Part shown: positions 17,312 to 25,375 of the stretch, in pieces | How the letters are laid out: each line of letters begins with the position of its first letter | How positions within the stretch are numbered: position 1 is the first letter of the stretch | From: an uncultured Candidatus Saccharibacteria bacterium | GTDB taxonomy: Bacteria; Patescibacteriota; Saccharimonadia; Saccharimonadales; JAGQNJ01 | DNA length: 64,000 nt | Direction: 5' to 3' | NCBI GenBank assembly: GCA_964590205.1 | Contig: CAZPVO010000001.1 | Location: 111,873 to 175,872 of the forward strand | Made by a program: the position numbers and the translations under genes | The notes under the pieces: generated by a model | What the model was told of the DNA's origin: nothing | Seen by the model: only the letters and a program-made list of their open reading frames with translations | Database searches by the model: none

Positions 17312-17866
17312 CTAGTTTGAAGCAGGAGCGTACATCAAGATGACGCCGCCGTTTTGCAATTTTCGTTCTTGCAGAAGTTTGAGCTTTTGATACGGAATAC
17401 TTTTATTAAATAAGTGGCGGCCGTTACCTAGGAATACAGGCGCAACGCACAACCGGTATTCATCAAACAAGCCGGCCTTCATGAGTGAGTCTGACAAAAT
17501 AGCACTGCCAAACACAAACATTATCCCATCACCTTGTTGCTTTAAATCGCCAAGCTCTTTGACAGCGTCTTTCACGATTGTGGTGTTTTGCCACTCTGCC
17601 GTCTGAAGAGTAGTTGAACAGACAATCTTCGGTAATTTGTTCATAAATGGCGTTTCCGGCTCGCCTTCGGCTTTTGCCCAGTAATCAGCCATGCCTTGGT
17701 AGGTCTTGCTACCAAAAACCAGCATTTCGGCGGTGTTTAGCTGCTCGATACTGAATTTTTCAAGCTCTTTATCGAATACAGTTTGGTGAAAATCCAAATC
17801 CCAGGCGTGTTTACCTTCAAAATAGCCGTCAAGCGAAATCACATTCCACATAATCAATTTTCTCAT
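17312..17866 (-). CDS. dihydrofolate-reductase-like (RibD C-terminal domain) protein, paralog of 15926..16519
   Basis: 'MWNVISLDGYFEG' and 'FVFGSAILSDSLMKAGLFDEYRLCVAPVFLGNGRHLF'. Confidence 0.7.
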   Translation of the reverse strand: MRKLIMWNVISLDGYFEGKHAWDLDFHQTVFDKELEKFSIEQLNTAEMLVFGSKTYQGMADYWAKAEGEPETPFMNKLPKIVCSTTLQTAEWQNTTIVKDAVKELGDLKQQGDGIMFVFGSAILSDSLMKAGLFDEYRLCVAPVFLGNGRHLFNKSIPYQKLKLLQERKLQNGGVILMYAPASN

Positions 17867-17872
17867 ATCTTT

Positions 17873-17881
17873 ATCGTATCA
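17873..17881 (-). promoter_or_regulatory. extended -10 (TGaTACGAT) 6 nt upstream of ATG 17866
   Basis: Reverse complement of 17873-17881. Confidence 0.45.
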
Positions 17882-17922
17882 AAATTTACGCAATTAACGA
17901 TGTGTGCCAGACAGTCATGATG

Positions 17923-17928
17923 TATGAT
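17923..17928 (+). promoter_or_regulatory. -10 TATGAT 6 nt upstream of ATG 17935
   Basis: Sequence reads tgTATGATggatacATG. Back-to-back with the divergent promoter. Confidence 0.4.
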
Positions 17929-17934
17929 GGATAC

Positions 17935-18864
17935 ATGATTAAGGCCAGCAAGCTCACTAGAAAATACGGCAAAAAACTGGCTGTTGATAATGTATCTTTT
18001 GAAGTCTCAAATGGTAAGGTAACTGGCTTTCTTGGGCCAAACGGCGCTGGTAAATCTACCACCATGCGTTTAATGCTTGGACTATCCAATGGAAGTGGCA
18101 GTACGACATTTGACGGCAAAAAACTCTATGAGTATAACCGCCCCTCGGAAGTTGTGGGTATTTTACTTGAAGCAAAAGCATTCCATCCCACTCGTACAGC
18201 GCGCAATCATCTGAGAGTACTTGCAGCCCAAGGTGGTATCCCTGAAAAGCGAGTCGATGAAGTCCTGGATATTGTCGGCTTAAAGGATCAAGCCAAAGGT
18301 AAGCCGGGCAAGTTCTCGCTTGGCATGAGCCAACGCCTTGGCATTGCCGCTGCGCTGCTCGGGCAGCCAAAGTATCTTATTCTGGATGAACCTTCTAACG
18401 GTCTTGACCCCGAGGGGATGGCATGGCTCCGAGATTTTCTGAAAGAATACGCCGATGAGGGCAACGCCGTGTTTGTTTCCAGTCATTTATTAAGTGAGAT
18501 GTCGCAGTTGGCCGATGATGTTGTGGTAATAGGCAAGGGCAAGCTGATTGCCAATACTTCCATGAAAGATTTACTATCAAAAAATGCCAAATCCAGAGTG
18601 TTTGTGCGGACGTCAAATACTGCTGCGCTAGAAAGATTGTTGAGTCAAAATAAACTTGCGTTTGAGCAATCCGACGGCGGGTTAAGTGTTATGGGTGCAA
18701 CCACAGACAAGATTGGTAACCTTGCTTTCAAGGGCGGCCTGACTGTTCTTGAGCTGGCGAGCCAAACTGCCTCACTTGAAGACGTTTTTTTGGATCTAAC
18801 CGAGGGAAGTGAAGAATTCAAAGCGCACCAAGTAGACTCATCCAAGAAAAGGGGCAAAAAATGA
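17935..18864 (+). CDS. ABC transporter ATP-binding protein
   Basis: Walker A 'GPNGAGKST', signature 'LGMSQR', Walker B 'LILDEP'. Start moved from 17902. Confidence 0.9.
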   Translation: MIKASKLTRKYGKKLAVDNVSFEVSNGKVTGFLGPNGAGKSTTMRLMLGLSNGSGSTTFDGKKLYEYNRPSEVVGILLEAKAFHPTRTARNHLRVLAAQGGIPEKRVDEVLDIVGLKDQAKGKPGKFSLGMSQRLGIAAALLGQPKYLILDEPSNGLDPEGMAWLRDFLKEYADEGNAVFVSSHLLSEMSQLADDVVVIGKGKLIANTSMKDLLSKNAKSRVFVRTSNTAALERLLSQNKLAFEQSDGGLSVMGATTDKIGNLAFKGGLTVLELASQTASLEDVFLDLTEGSEEFKAHQVDSSKKRGKK

Positions 18865-19616
18865 AGGATGCTCTAACGGCTGAGTTTCGCAAGCTGCTGA
18901 CGGTACGATCGACGTACTTTATTACTGGCCTTATGACTTTGCTGGTTATTTTGGTAGGATTTTATGCTCAAGGTTGGCGTCTGATGGGTGCTGATCTACA
19001 AAACCCAAACCAGATTTCCAGTGTGTTACTGGGCATATCTGCAGTTAAGGTCTTCGGTGCAATCGTCGGAATCTTGCTCATGACGCACGAGTATCGTTAC
19101 AACACCATTCTGCACACACTAACCAGTAGTAATAGTCGTAGCAAAGTCCTGTGGTCTAAATTCATCGTGGTAAGTGTTTACGCCATTTTGCTCAGTGTTT
19201 TTACGGGGGTTTTGGCACCACTCATGGTGTACTTAGGTGTGCACGCGCACGGACATGTTTTGGCTCCACAAATAATTGATTACGGCACCATTGTTTGGCG
19301 CAACTTATTCTATGGTTGGGGGTTTGCAATGGCAGGCCTACTATTGGCTGCGCTCATGCGTAACCAGATTGCCGCTATTGTTGCACTGTTTCTCATTCCT
19401 GGCATAGTAGAGCAGCTTGTTGGTGCATTATTGCTCAAACACAACAGCGTGTATCTGCCTTTCTCTGCCTTAGGGCAAGTTCTTAGTGGACCGTCCAATG
19501 GCGCTCCTACAAGTAGCGCGATGTCAGCAGGCAAGGCTGCCCTTGTTTATTGTGCCTATGTCATAGTTGGCTGGATTATTGCTTGGATATTATTCCTGAA
19601 GCGCGACGCAAACTGA
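18861..19616 (+). CDS. ABC-2 type transporter permease
   Basis: Six TM helices. ATGA-coupled to the ATPase gene. Confidence 0.75.
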   Translation: MKDALTAEFRKLLTVRSTYFITGLMTLLVILVGFYAQGWRLMGADLQNPNQISSVLLGISAVKVFGAIVGILLMTHEYRYNTILHTLTSSNSRSKVLWSKFIVVSVYAILLSVFTGVLAPLMVYLGVHAHGHVLAPQIIDYGTIVWRNLFYGWGFAMAGLLLAALMRNQIAAIVALFLIPGIVEQLVGALLLKHNSVYLPFSALGQVLSGPSNGAPTSSAMSAGKAALVYCAYVIVGWIIAWILFLKRDAN

Positions 19617-19668
19617 TATTGAATCCCTTGCAGCAAGACGATAGCTTATGTATAATCTCCCCTGTTCC

Positions 19669-19745
19669 GCGGGTGTAGCTCAGTTGTTTAGAGCGCTTCC
19701 TTGCCAAGGAAGAGGCCAGGGGTTAGAGTCCCCTCACCCGCACCA
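19669..19745 (+). tRNA. tRNA-Gly(GCC), with U19:A56 in place of G19:C56
   Basis: Acceptor GCGGGTG/CACCCGC, anticodon loop TTGCCAA, D-loop AGTTGTTTA, T-loop TTAGAGT, encoded CCA. Confidence 0.85.
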
Positions 19746-19752
19746 ATACTTC

Positions 19753-19775
19753 GCCGTCTGCAAGACGGTTTTTTT
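19753..19775 (+). terminator. rho-independent terminator after tRNA-Gly
   Basis: CCGTC-TGCAA-GACGG followed by TTTTTTT. Confidence 0.7.
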
Positions 19776-19826
19776 ATTGAGGATAGATTAGATTGACATA
19801 TGCAGAGGTAGTGAAATAATAAGGCT

Positions 19827-20888
19827 ATGATTGATGGTTCTATCGAATTCGAAGGTCACCGTAGCTTACCGAGTATGCGCGACATACAACGACACACCTA
19901 CCTTGATGTTGATGACTGGGAAAAAGAAGATCTTTGGCAGGAGCAGCACGAACTTGATTTGCTTGGAGCTGATAATCTCCAAATTACCGCTTTAATCGAA
20001 AACGATAAAAAAGTTCTAGATCTAAGCAAGCTTGAAGCTGAAGCTGCAGAAGAAGTTATTGAAGAAGCAGAAGCTATCGTTCAAAATCATGCAAAACTTA
20101 TTGACACCATTGGAAGTGTGGCAGTCGGCACTAGTCGGCTAGAAATTTTCAATAGCAGCGAAAAACCAGAAGGCCGTATTGGGGGAAGACGCTGGGATAA
20201 TGTTGATCCTTCTTTCCGACCGACGCCTCCGGCCTTTCGTGGTCAAGGCGGAAAACCAAAAAGCCAAGCTCCACCATTGTCAGCACATCGGGACAGTCGA
20301 AAGAGTTGGCACCAACCTATCATTCAGCCATCAAGACCTCCTGAGAACGATGACCCAATTATTGATTTACGTTTCGATAAGCCAGAAGTTATTCCACCAA
20401 AGCCATTGAATTTAGATCTGCTTCCAAGCCCTGTAAGTGAGGTAGCGATCCCCGAAAAAAAGACCAAGCTAAAAACCAAGAAAAAATTTATGGGCGGCGT
20501 TGTAAATCGCATCAAAGGTTTTATTGATTCGCATCGTAAGCCCGAAAAAGAATCGCATCCTAATCGAAAACGAAGAATTGGTATAGCAGTTGGTGCTGTC
20601 GCTGTCGTGGCTGTTGCTGCCGGCAGCTTAGTGTATGCAACTCGTGGCAACTCTGAAGCGAGTTCTGTCAATGAAGCTTTAGCTAGTCGAGCGCCAGTTA
20701 CATCTGTCTATCATGCACCCGAAACAACTACATCAACAAGATTTTCGCCAACCAGAAATGCCCAGTATCGAGAATTTTATAAAGTTGATCACGATCTTTC
20801 GGAAGAAGAGATGAATCAGTTAGATGCTGCGTTTCATGAAATGGCTGCTAACCCTACAGCGTTCCAAGAGCTACTAAATCAAGGATAA
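19827..20888 (+). CDS. hypothetical protein (acidic N-terminus, basic/Pro-rich middle, one TM helix)
   Basis: ORF track. TM helix 'IGIAVGAVAVVAVAAGSLVYA'. Confidence 0.6.
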   Translation: MIDGSIEFEGHRSLPSMRDIQRHTYLDVDDWEKEDLWQEQHELDLLGADNLQITALIENDKKVLDLSKLEAEAAEEVIEEAEAIVQNHAKLIDTIGSVAVGTSRLEIFNSSEKPEGRIGGRRWDNVDPSFRPTPPAFRGQGGKPKSQAPPLSAHRDSRKSWHQPIIQPSRPPENDDPIIDLRFDKPEVIPPKPLNLDLLPSPVSEVAIPEKKTKLKTKKKFMGGVVNRIKGFIDSHRKPEKESHPNRKRRIGIAVGAVAVVAVAAGSLVYATRGNSEASSVNEALASRAPVTSVYHAPETTTSTRFSPTRNAQYREFYKVDHDLSEEEMNQLDAAFHEMAANPTAFQELLNQG

Positions 20889-20890
20889 AA

Positions 20891-20967
20891 TGGTGGAGCT
20901 GAGGGGACTCAAACCCCTGACCCCTTCGCTGCCAGCGAAGTGCTCTAATCAACTGAGCTACAGCCCC
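20891..20967 (-). tRNA. tRNA-Ala(GGC), with A19:U56 in place of G19:C56
   Basis: Acceptor GGGGCTG/CAGCTCC with the G3:U70 Ala identity pair, anticodon loop CTGGCAG, D-loop AGTTGATTA, T-loop TTTGAGT, encoded CCA. Confidence 0.85.
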
Positions 20968-21002
20968 AAAACAGGGGAATTGTACAACATTTACCCTTAA
21001 AC

Positions 21003-21011
21003 TGCTACAAT
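21003..21011 (+). promoter_or_regulatory. extended -10 (TGcTACAAT) 8 nt upstream of ATG 21020
   Basis: Read directly from the sequence. Confidence 0.45.
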
Positions 21012-21019
21012 AAGCCAAC

Positions 21020-21949
21020 ATGGCAGTGAGTCAGGAGCAGGAGAGTGCAAGGTCAAGGCTAATCAAAGGTTTATTTTTGGTTGGTTTGGTTATTTTTGTG
21101 GGCTCTGGCTACAACTGGATCGTACACGTTTATGGGGGTGCCTATAATACTTTTTGGGGCATGATTGGCGATAATCTTAAAAGCTACGGTCTTTCTGAGA
21201 TAAGTTCACAAAAAGATGATTCGCGGGGATTAAGCCAGGATCAAGTTACTCAATTGCAACTTGGCCAACAAGCTGTTGCCGATGGCACAGCAAACATTGT
21301 TCAAAACGCTGGTGCGGCTGACCAAGTCAAAATCAGCACCGAAACAATTGCCACACCGACGACTAATTACATTCGCTACACAGAGCTATCTATCAATCAA
21401 CCATTAGCAAATGGCCAAAAGCCAGACTTTTCAAAATTCGAAGGAATCTGGGCGTCGGCACCAAACATTGGTGACGGCAAATCAACTTTTGTTAACGCAA
21501 TGTTTGGTCCATTAGGGCGAATGCCAATTGGCTATTTACAACCAAAGCAACGCCAAGAGCTGGTTAATTTTATGCAAACCAACAAGGTATATACATTTAA
21601 CGATTTAACGGTCAAAAAAGAATATCACGGTACGCGGCCGGTTTATGTGTATGAGGTTGATGTTAATACACGTGCGTATGTGATGATGCTTAAAAAGTTT
21701 GATCAAATGACAGGCCTCAACCAAATTGGCTCGGTGGATGAGAATCAATTTTCGGCTAGCGAGAAACTGCAATTGAAAGTTTCGGTTGATGTGCTCAGTC
21801 GTAACATCGTAAAAGTCGAATATCCAAGTAGCGGCCAGGCGGAAACCTTTACTGGTTTTGGCGCGCATATGCCAGTTTCGTTGCCGACAAATACGGTTTC
21901 GGTAAACCAACTCGAAGCGCAGCTACAAAAGACGCTGTCTGGACAATAG
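21020..21949 (+). CDS. hypothetical membrane-anchored extracytoplasmic protein
   Basis: ORF track. N-terminal TM helix. Confidence 0.6.
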   Translation: MAVSQEQESARSRLIKGLFLVGLVIFVGSGYNWIVHVYGGAYNTFWGMIGDNLKSYGLSEISSQKDDSRGLSQDQVTQLQLGQQAVADGTANIVQNAGAADQVKISTETIATPTTNYIRYTELSINQPLANGQKPDFSKFEGIWASAPNIGDGKSTFVNAMFGPLGRMPIGYLQPKQRQELVNFMQTNKVYTFNDLTVKKEYHGTRPVYVYEVDVNTRAYVMMLKKFDQMTGLNQIGSVDENQFSASEKLQLKVSVDVLSRNIVKVEYPSSGQAETFTGFGAHMPVSLPTNTVSVNQLEAQLQKTLSGQ

Positions 21950-21969
21950 GCAAACATCTACGCTTAATT

Positions 21970-21975
21970 TATACT
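21970..21975 (+). promoter_or_regulatory. -10 TATACT 7 nt upstream of ATG 21983
   Basis: Sequence reads ttTATACTggtgcatATG. Confidence 0.4.
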
Positions 21976-21982
21976 GGTGCAT

Positions 21983-22735
21983 ATGCAAGTAGTCGTTGAT
22001 TCACTATTAACGAATTATGTTCAAACCGGAAAAGGCAAGCAGTCTATTTTGCTATTGCATGGCTGGGGCGATAACTTACAAACGTTTAAAAACCTGCAAA
22101 CTGAGCTTTCCAAAAAATGCAGCGTTGTGAATGTCGATTTGCCAGGTTTTGGCAACACACAAGCACCAGCAGGAGTCTGGGATCTGGATAACTACGCAAA
22201 ATTTGTAGCAGCGTTTTTGAAAAAAATTGATGTGAATCCATCGGTAATTATTGCGCATTCCAATGGTGGCGCCCTGGCAATTCGTGGTCTTGCAACTGGA
22301 GTTTTGAACTCGAATAAACTAGTACTGCTAAGTTCATCAGGTATTCGTAACACGCAAAAAGCCCGACGCTTTGGGTTAAAGATTATTGCCAAAACTGGCA
22401 AGGTTACAACTTTTTGGCTGCCAACTTCGAGCAAGCAAAAGCTGCGCAAAAAATTATACGGTGTGGCTGGCTCAGACATGTTGGTCGCTCCGCACATTCA
22501 GGAAACTTTCAAAAAAACTGTTCGCCAAGATGTACAAGCAGACGCCAAAAAAATTACGACGCCAACACTGCTTATTTATGGCGAGCAGGACAAAGCTACG
22601 CCACCAGCTTACGGCGAGCTGTTTCATAATCTTATCGATGGCTCAACATTCGAATCAGTTGGTGGAGCAGAGCATTTTGTGCATCACGATAAGCCCGAAG
22701 TTGTTTTAAAATTGGTTGAGGATTTCTTGTCATGA
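21983..22735 (+). CDS. alpha/beta hydrolase
   Basis: 'LLLHGWGD' and the nucleophile elbow 'AHSNGG'. Its stop overlaps the next gene's start (ATGA). Confidence 0.75.
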   Translation: MQVVVDSLLTNYVQTGKGKQSILLLHGWGDNLQTFKNLQTELSKKCSVVNVDLPGFGNTQAPAGVWDLDNYAKFVAAFLKKIDVNPSVIIAHSNGGALAIRGLATGVLNSNKLVLLSSSGIRNTQKARRFGLKIIAKTGKVTTFWLPTSSKQKLRKKLYGVAGSDMLVAPHIQETFKKTVRQDVQADAKKITTPTLLIYGEQDKATPPAYGELFHNLIDGSTFESVGGAEHFVHHDKPEVVLKLVEDFLS

Positions 22736-24171
22736 TGAAAAAATTCTTTAGTTTTTATTCACCTCGCTACGCTGTAAGTTTGATTTACATGCTGCAGTCG
22801 ACCGAATATCAAATTCGGCCGTACCTAAGTTGGTACTGGCGGACAGGCGATTTTCGTCATGTTATGTATCGTCGACAACTGGTTAGAACAAAAGCTGCAA
22901 TGCTTCTGTTAGCGGCGTTGATGTTTGGTATGTGCGCACAAATTGTTACTGGCTTGGCGCTAATTTGGCTTTGGAATAATCATGGCCTTCAAGGCGGGTG
23001 GCAATTCGGACTGGCGTTAATTATCAGTTACCCAGTTGTCTGGGCCTACTTAATCACAGTGCCGTTACTTTTAGGAAAAATTTTCATTGTGTGGCCACGT
23101 GACCGTAAATATATTCGCCAATCGAAAGAGATTTTTGGCGAGTCTAAGGCTACTAAGATTGCGGTGGCCGGCAGTTACGGCAAAACCAGCATGAAAGAGA
23201 TGTTGCTTACAGTTTTAGAAGAAGGCAAAAACACGGTTGCCACACCAGCTAATAAAAACGTGGCCAGCTCGCACGCTAAATTTGCTCGCACGCTAAATGG
23301 TGATGAAGAAGTTATCATTATTGAGTACGGCGAAGGCAAACCAGGTGACGTAGCTAAATTCGCTCAAACAACCCAGCCAAATATCGGCGTAATTACAGGA
23401 CTTGCTCCAGCGCATCTGGATCATTACCCAAATCTGCAAGCAGCCGGTGAGGATATTTTTAGTCTGGCCGATTATTTGGATAGTAAGGAAGTGTACGTGA
23501 ACGGCGAGTCGCCAGCCGTCAAAGATTTTTTGAAGCCCGAATATAACGCCTATGACAGCAGTGGTGTACTTGGCTGGAAAGTTAGCAAGGTTAATATTTC
23601 TGTCGAAGGTACCAGTTTTGAAATGAAAAAGGGCAAGACTACGCTTAAACTGCAAAGTGGCTTACTTGGGCAGCACAATGTTGGACCACTGGCGTTAGCG
23701 GCTGCTTTGGCGGACAAATTAGGGCTCAGCAAGGCTCAAATTGAGAAAGGCGTCGCAAATACTCAGCCATTTGAGCACCGTATGCAACCGCGCAAAGTCG
23801 GCAGCGCCTGGATTATTGATGACACTTACAATGGGAACATTGACGGCATTGCGGCAGGGCTGCAGCTGCTCAAAGCCTTGCCAGCACGGCGTAAGATTTA
23901 TGTTACCCCAGGCCTTGTTGATCAAGGGGTTGAAACTAAAAACGTGCACATCAAAATGGGCGAGTTGATTGCCGATGCCAAACCCGACAGTGTAGTACTG
24001 ATGCTCAACTCAGCAGCCAAATTTATTCAAGAGGGTCTCGAAAAATCGGGCTACAAGGGGGGCTTGGTTGTCGAAGAAGATCCGCTGAGTTTTTACAGTA
24101 ACATTGATCAGTTCGTAGCAGCAGACGACATAGTTATGCTCCAGAATGATTGGACAGATAATTACAATTGA
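22732..24171 (+). CDS. Mur-ligase family protein, MurF-like, with an N-terminal ~130-aa membrane domain
   Basis: P-loop 'AGSYGKTSMKEML' and a MurF-type 'IDDTYNGN' motif. Residues 1-130 contain 2-3 hydrophobic helices instead of the usual MurF N-terminal domain. Confidence 0.7.
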   Translation: MMKKFFSFYSPRYAVSLIYMLQSTEYQIRPYLSWYWRTGDFRHVMYRRQLVRTKAAMLLLAALMFGMCAQIVTGLALIWLWNNHGLQGGWQFGLALIISYPVVWAYLITVPLLLGKIFIVWPRDRKYIRQSKEIFGESKATKIAVAGSYGKTSMKEMLLTVLEEGKNTVATPANKNVASSHAKFARTLNGDEEVIIIEYGEGKPGDVAKFAQTTQPNIGVITGLAPAHLDHYPNLQAAGEDIFSLADYLDSKEVYVNGESPAVKDFLKPEYNAYDSSGVLGWKVSKVNISVEGTSFEMKKGKTTLKLQSGLLGQHNVGPLALAAALADKLGLSKAQIEKGVANTQPFEHRMQPRKVGSAWIIDDTYNGNIDGIAAGLQLLKALPARRKIYVTPGLVDQGVETKNVHIKMGELIADAKPDSVVLMLNSAAKFIQEGLEKSGYKGGLVVEEDPLSFYSNIDQFVAADDIVMLQNDWTDNYN

Positions 24172-24186
24172 TAGCAAACAATTGTA

Positions 24187-24195
24187 TGGTACAAT
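24187..24195 (+). promoter_or_regulatory. extended -10 (TGgTACAAT) 6 nt upstream of ATG 24202
   Basis: Read directly from the sequence. Confidence 0.45.
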
Positions 24196-24201
24196 TGAAA
24201 T

Positions 24202-25365
24202 ATGAAAACCATAGCCGTTATCTTTGGTGGTCGCTCAACAGAGCACGACGTCTCAATCGTGACTGCAATCGCCAGTATTATTAAACCGTTAGAACTTACG
24301 CGTGAATATCAAGTTGAAGCAGTTTATATTGCCAAAGATGGCTCTTGGTATTGGGATGACAAACTCAAAGACATTAGCTTATATCAAAGTGGTGACATTG
24401 AAGATTTTATGCGAAAAGCGTCGAAGGTTCAGTTATCGCTTGATAATGGTTTAACACTGATAAAATCCAGTAATTTTGCGGGCCGCAAGATGTACAAAAA
24501 AATCGACCTGGTTTTTCCAGCAATGCATGGAACCCACGGTGAAGACGGCGAACTGATGGGAATCCTTGAGATGGCCAACGTGCCATATGTTGGTTGTGGA
24601 GTAGCCGCCAGCGCAGTTGCTATGGACAAAGTTTTGGCAAAACAAGTTACAGAAGGCGCAAAATTACCTAGCTCGCCATGGACTTGGTTTTACACCGACG
24701 ATTTAGCCCATAAACACAGCGAGATTATTAAGGAAATCGACAAACTCAAATATCCACTATTTGTAAAACCGGCTCATTTAGGCTCGAGTATCGGCATCAC
24801 ACGCGTTGCCGAAAAATCTCAGCTCATGAACGCACTGGAAGTTGCTAGCCACTACGATGACAAAGTAATTGTCGAACAAGCCGTTGATAATTTGATTGAA
24901 GTTACCCTGCCGATTATGGGTAATGACGATCCAAAACCGGCACTGCTGGAACAACCACAACTCAAAGCCGAAGATTTCTTTGATTTCGAAACTAAATATA
25001 TGCAAGGCGGCAAAAAGGGCGGTAAAAAAAGTGGCCAAAAAGGCTCGCAGGGTTACAGTACCATTCCGGCACCTATTGCCAAAGATCTGTATGACAAAGC
25101 CGAAAAACTCGGACTCGATGTTTATAAAACAGTTGGCTGTGAAGGCATTGCTCGTGTCGACATACTAATCGATGGCAACACAGGCGAAGTATTTTTCAAC
25201 GAAATCAATCCATTACCAGGTGGTCTGTATGCACATAACTGGAATAAAGCTGGAATTTCGGGCGTTGAATTAGTGCAGAAACTTGTGAACTACGCACAGG
25301 ATCGCTGGGACAAAAAGCAAAAAGTAGCGACGGCGTTTGCTACAAATTATTTGAAACAATTTTAG
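24202..25365 (+). CDS. ddl: D-alanine--D-alanine ligase
   Basis: 'IFGGRSTEHDVS', 'FPAMHGTHGEDGELMGILE', and an ATP-grasp C-terminus 'ARVDILI...FFNEINPLPG'. Confidence 0.9.
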   Translation: MKTIAVIFGGRSTEHDVSIVTAIASIIKPLELTREYQVEAVYIAKDGSWYWDDKLKDISLYQSGDIEDFMRKASKVQLSLDNGLTLIKSSNFAGRKMYKKIDLVFPAMHGTHGEDGELMGILEMANVPYVGCGVAASAVAMDKVLAKQVTEGAKLPSSPWTWFYTDDLAHKHSEIIKEIDKLKYPLFVKPAHLGSSIGITRVAEKSQLMNALEVASHYDDKVIVEQAVDNLIEVTLPIMGNDDPKPALLEQPQLKAEDFFDFETKYMQGGKKGGKKSGQKGSQGYSTIPAPIAKDLYDKAEKLGLDVYKTVGCEGIARVDILIDGNTGEVFFNEINPLPGGLYAHNWNKAGISGVELVQKLVNYAQDRWDKKQKVATAFATNYLKQF

Positions 25366-25375
25366 GGGGTGCACG

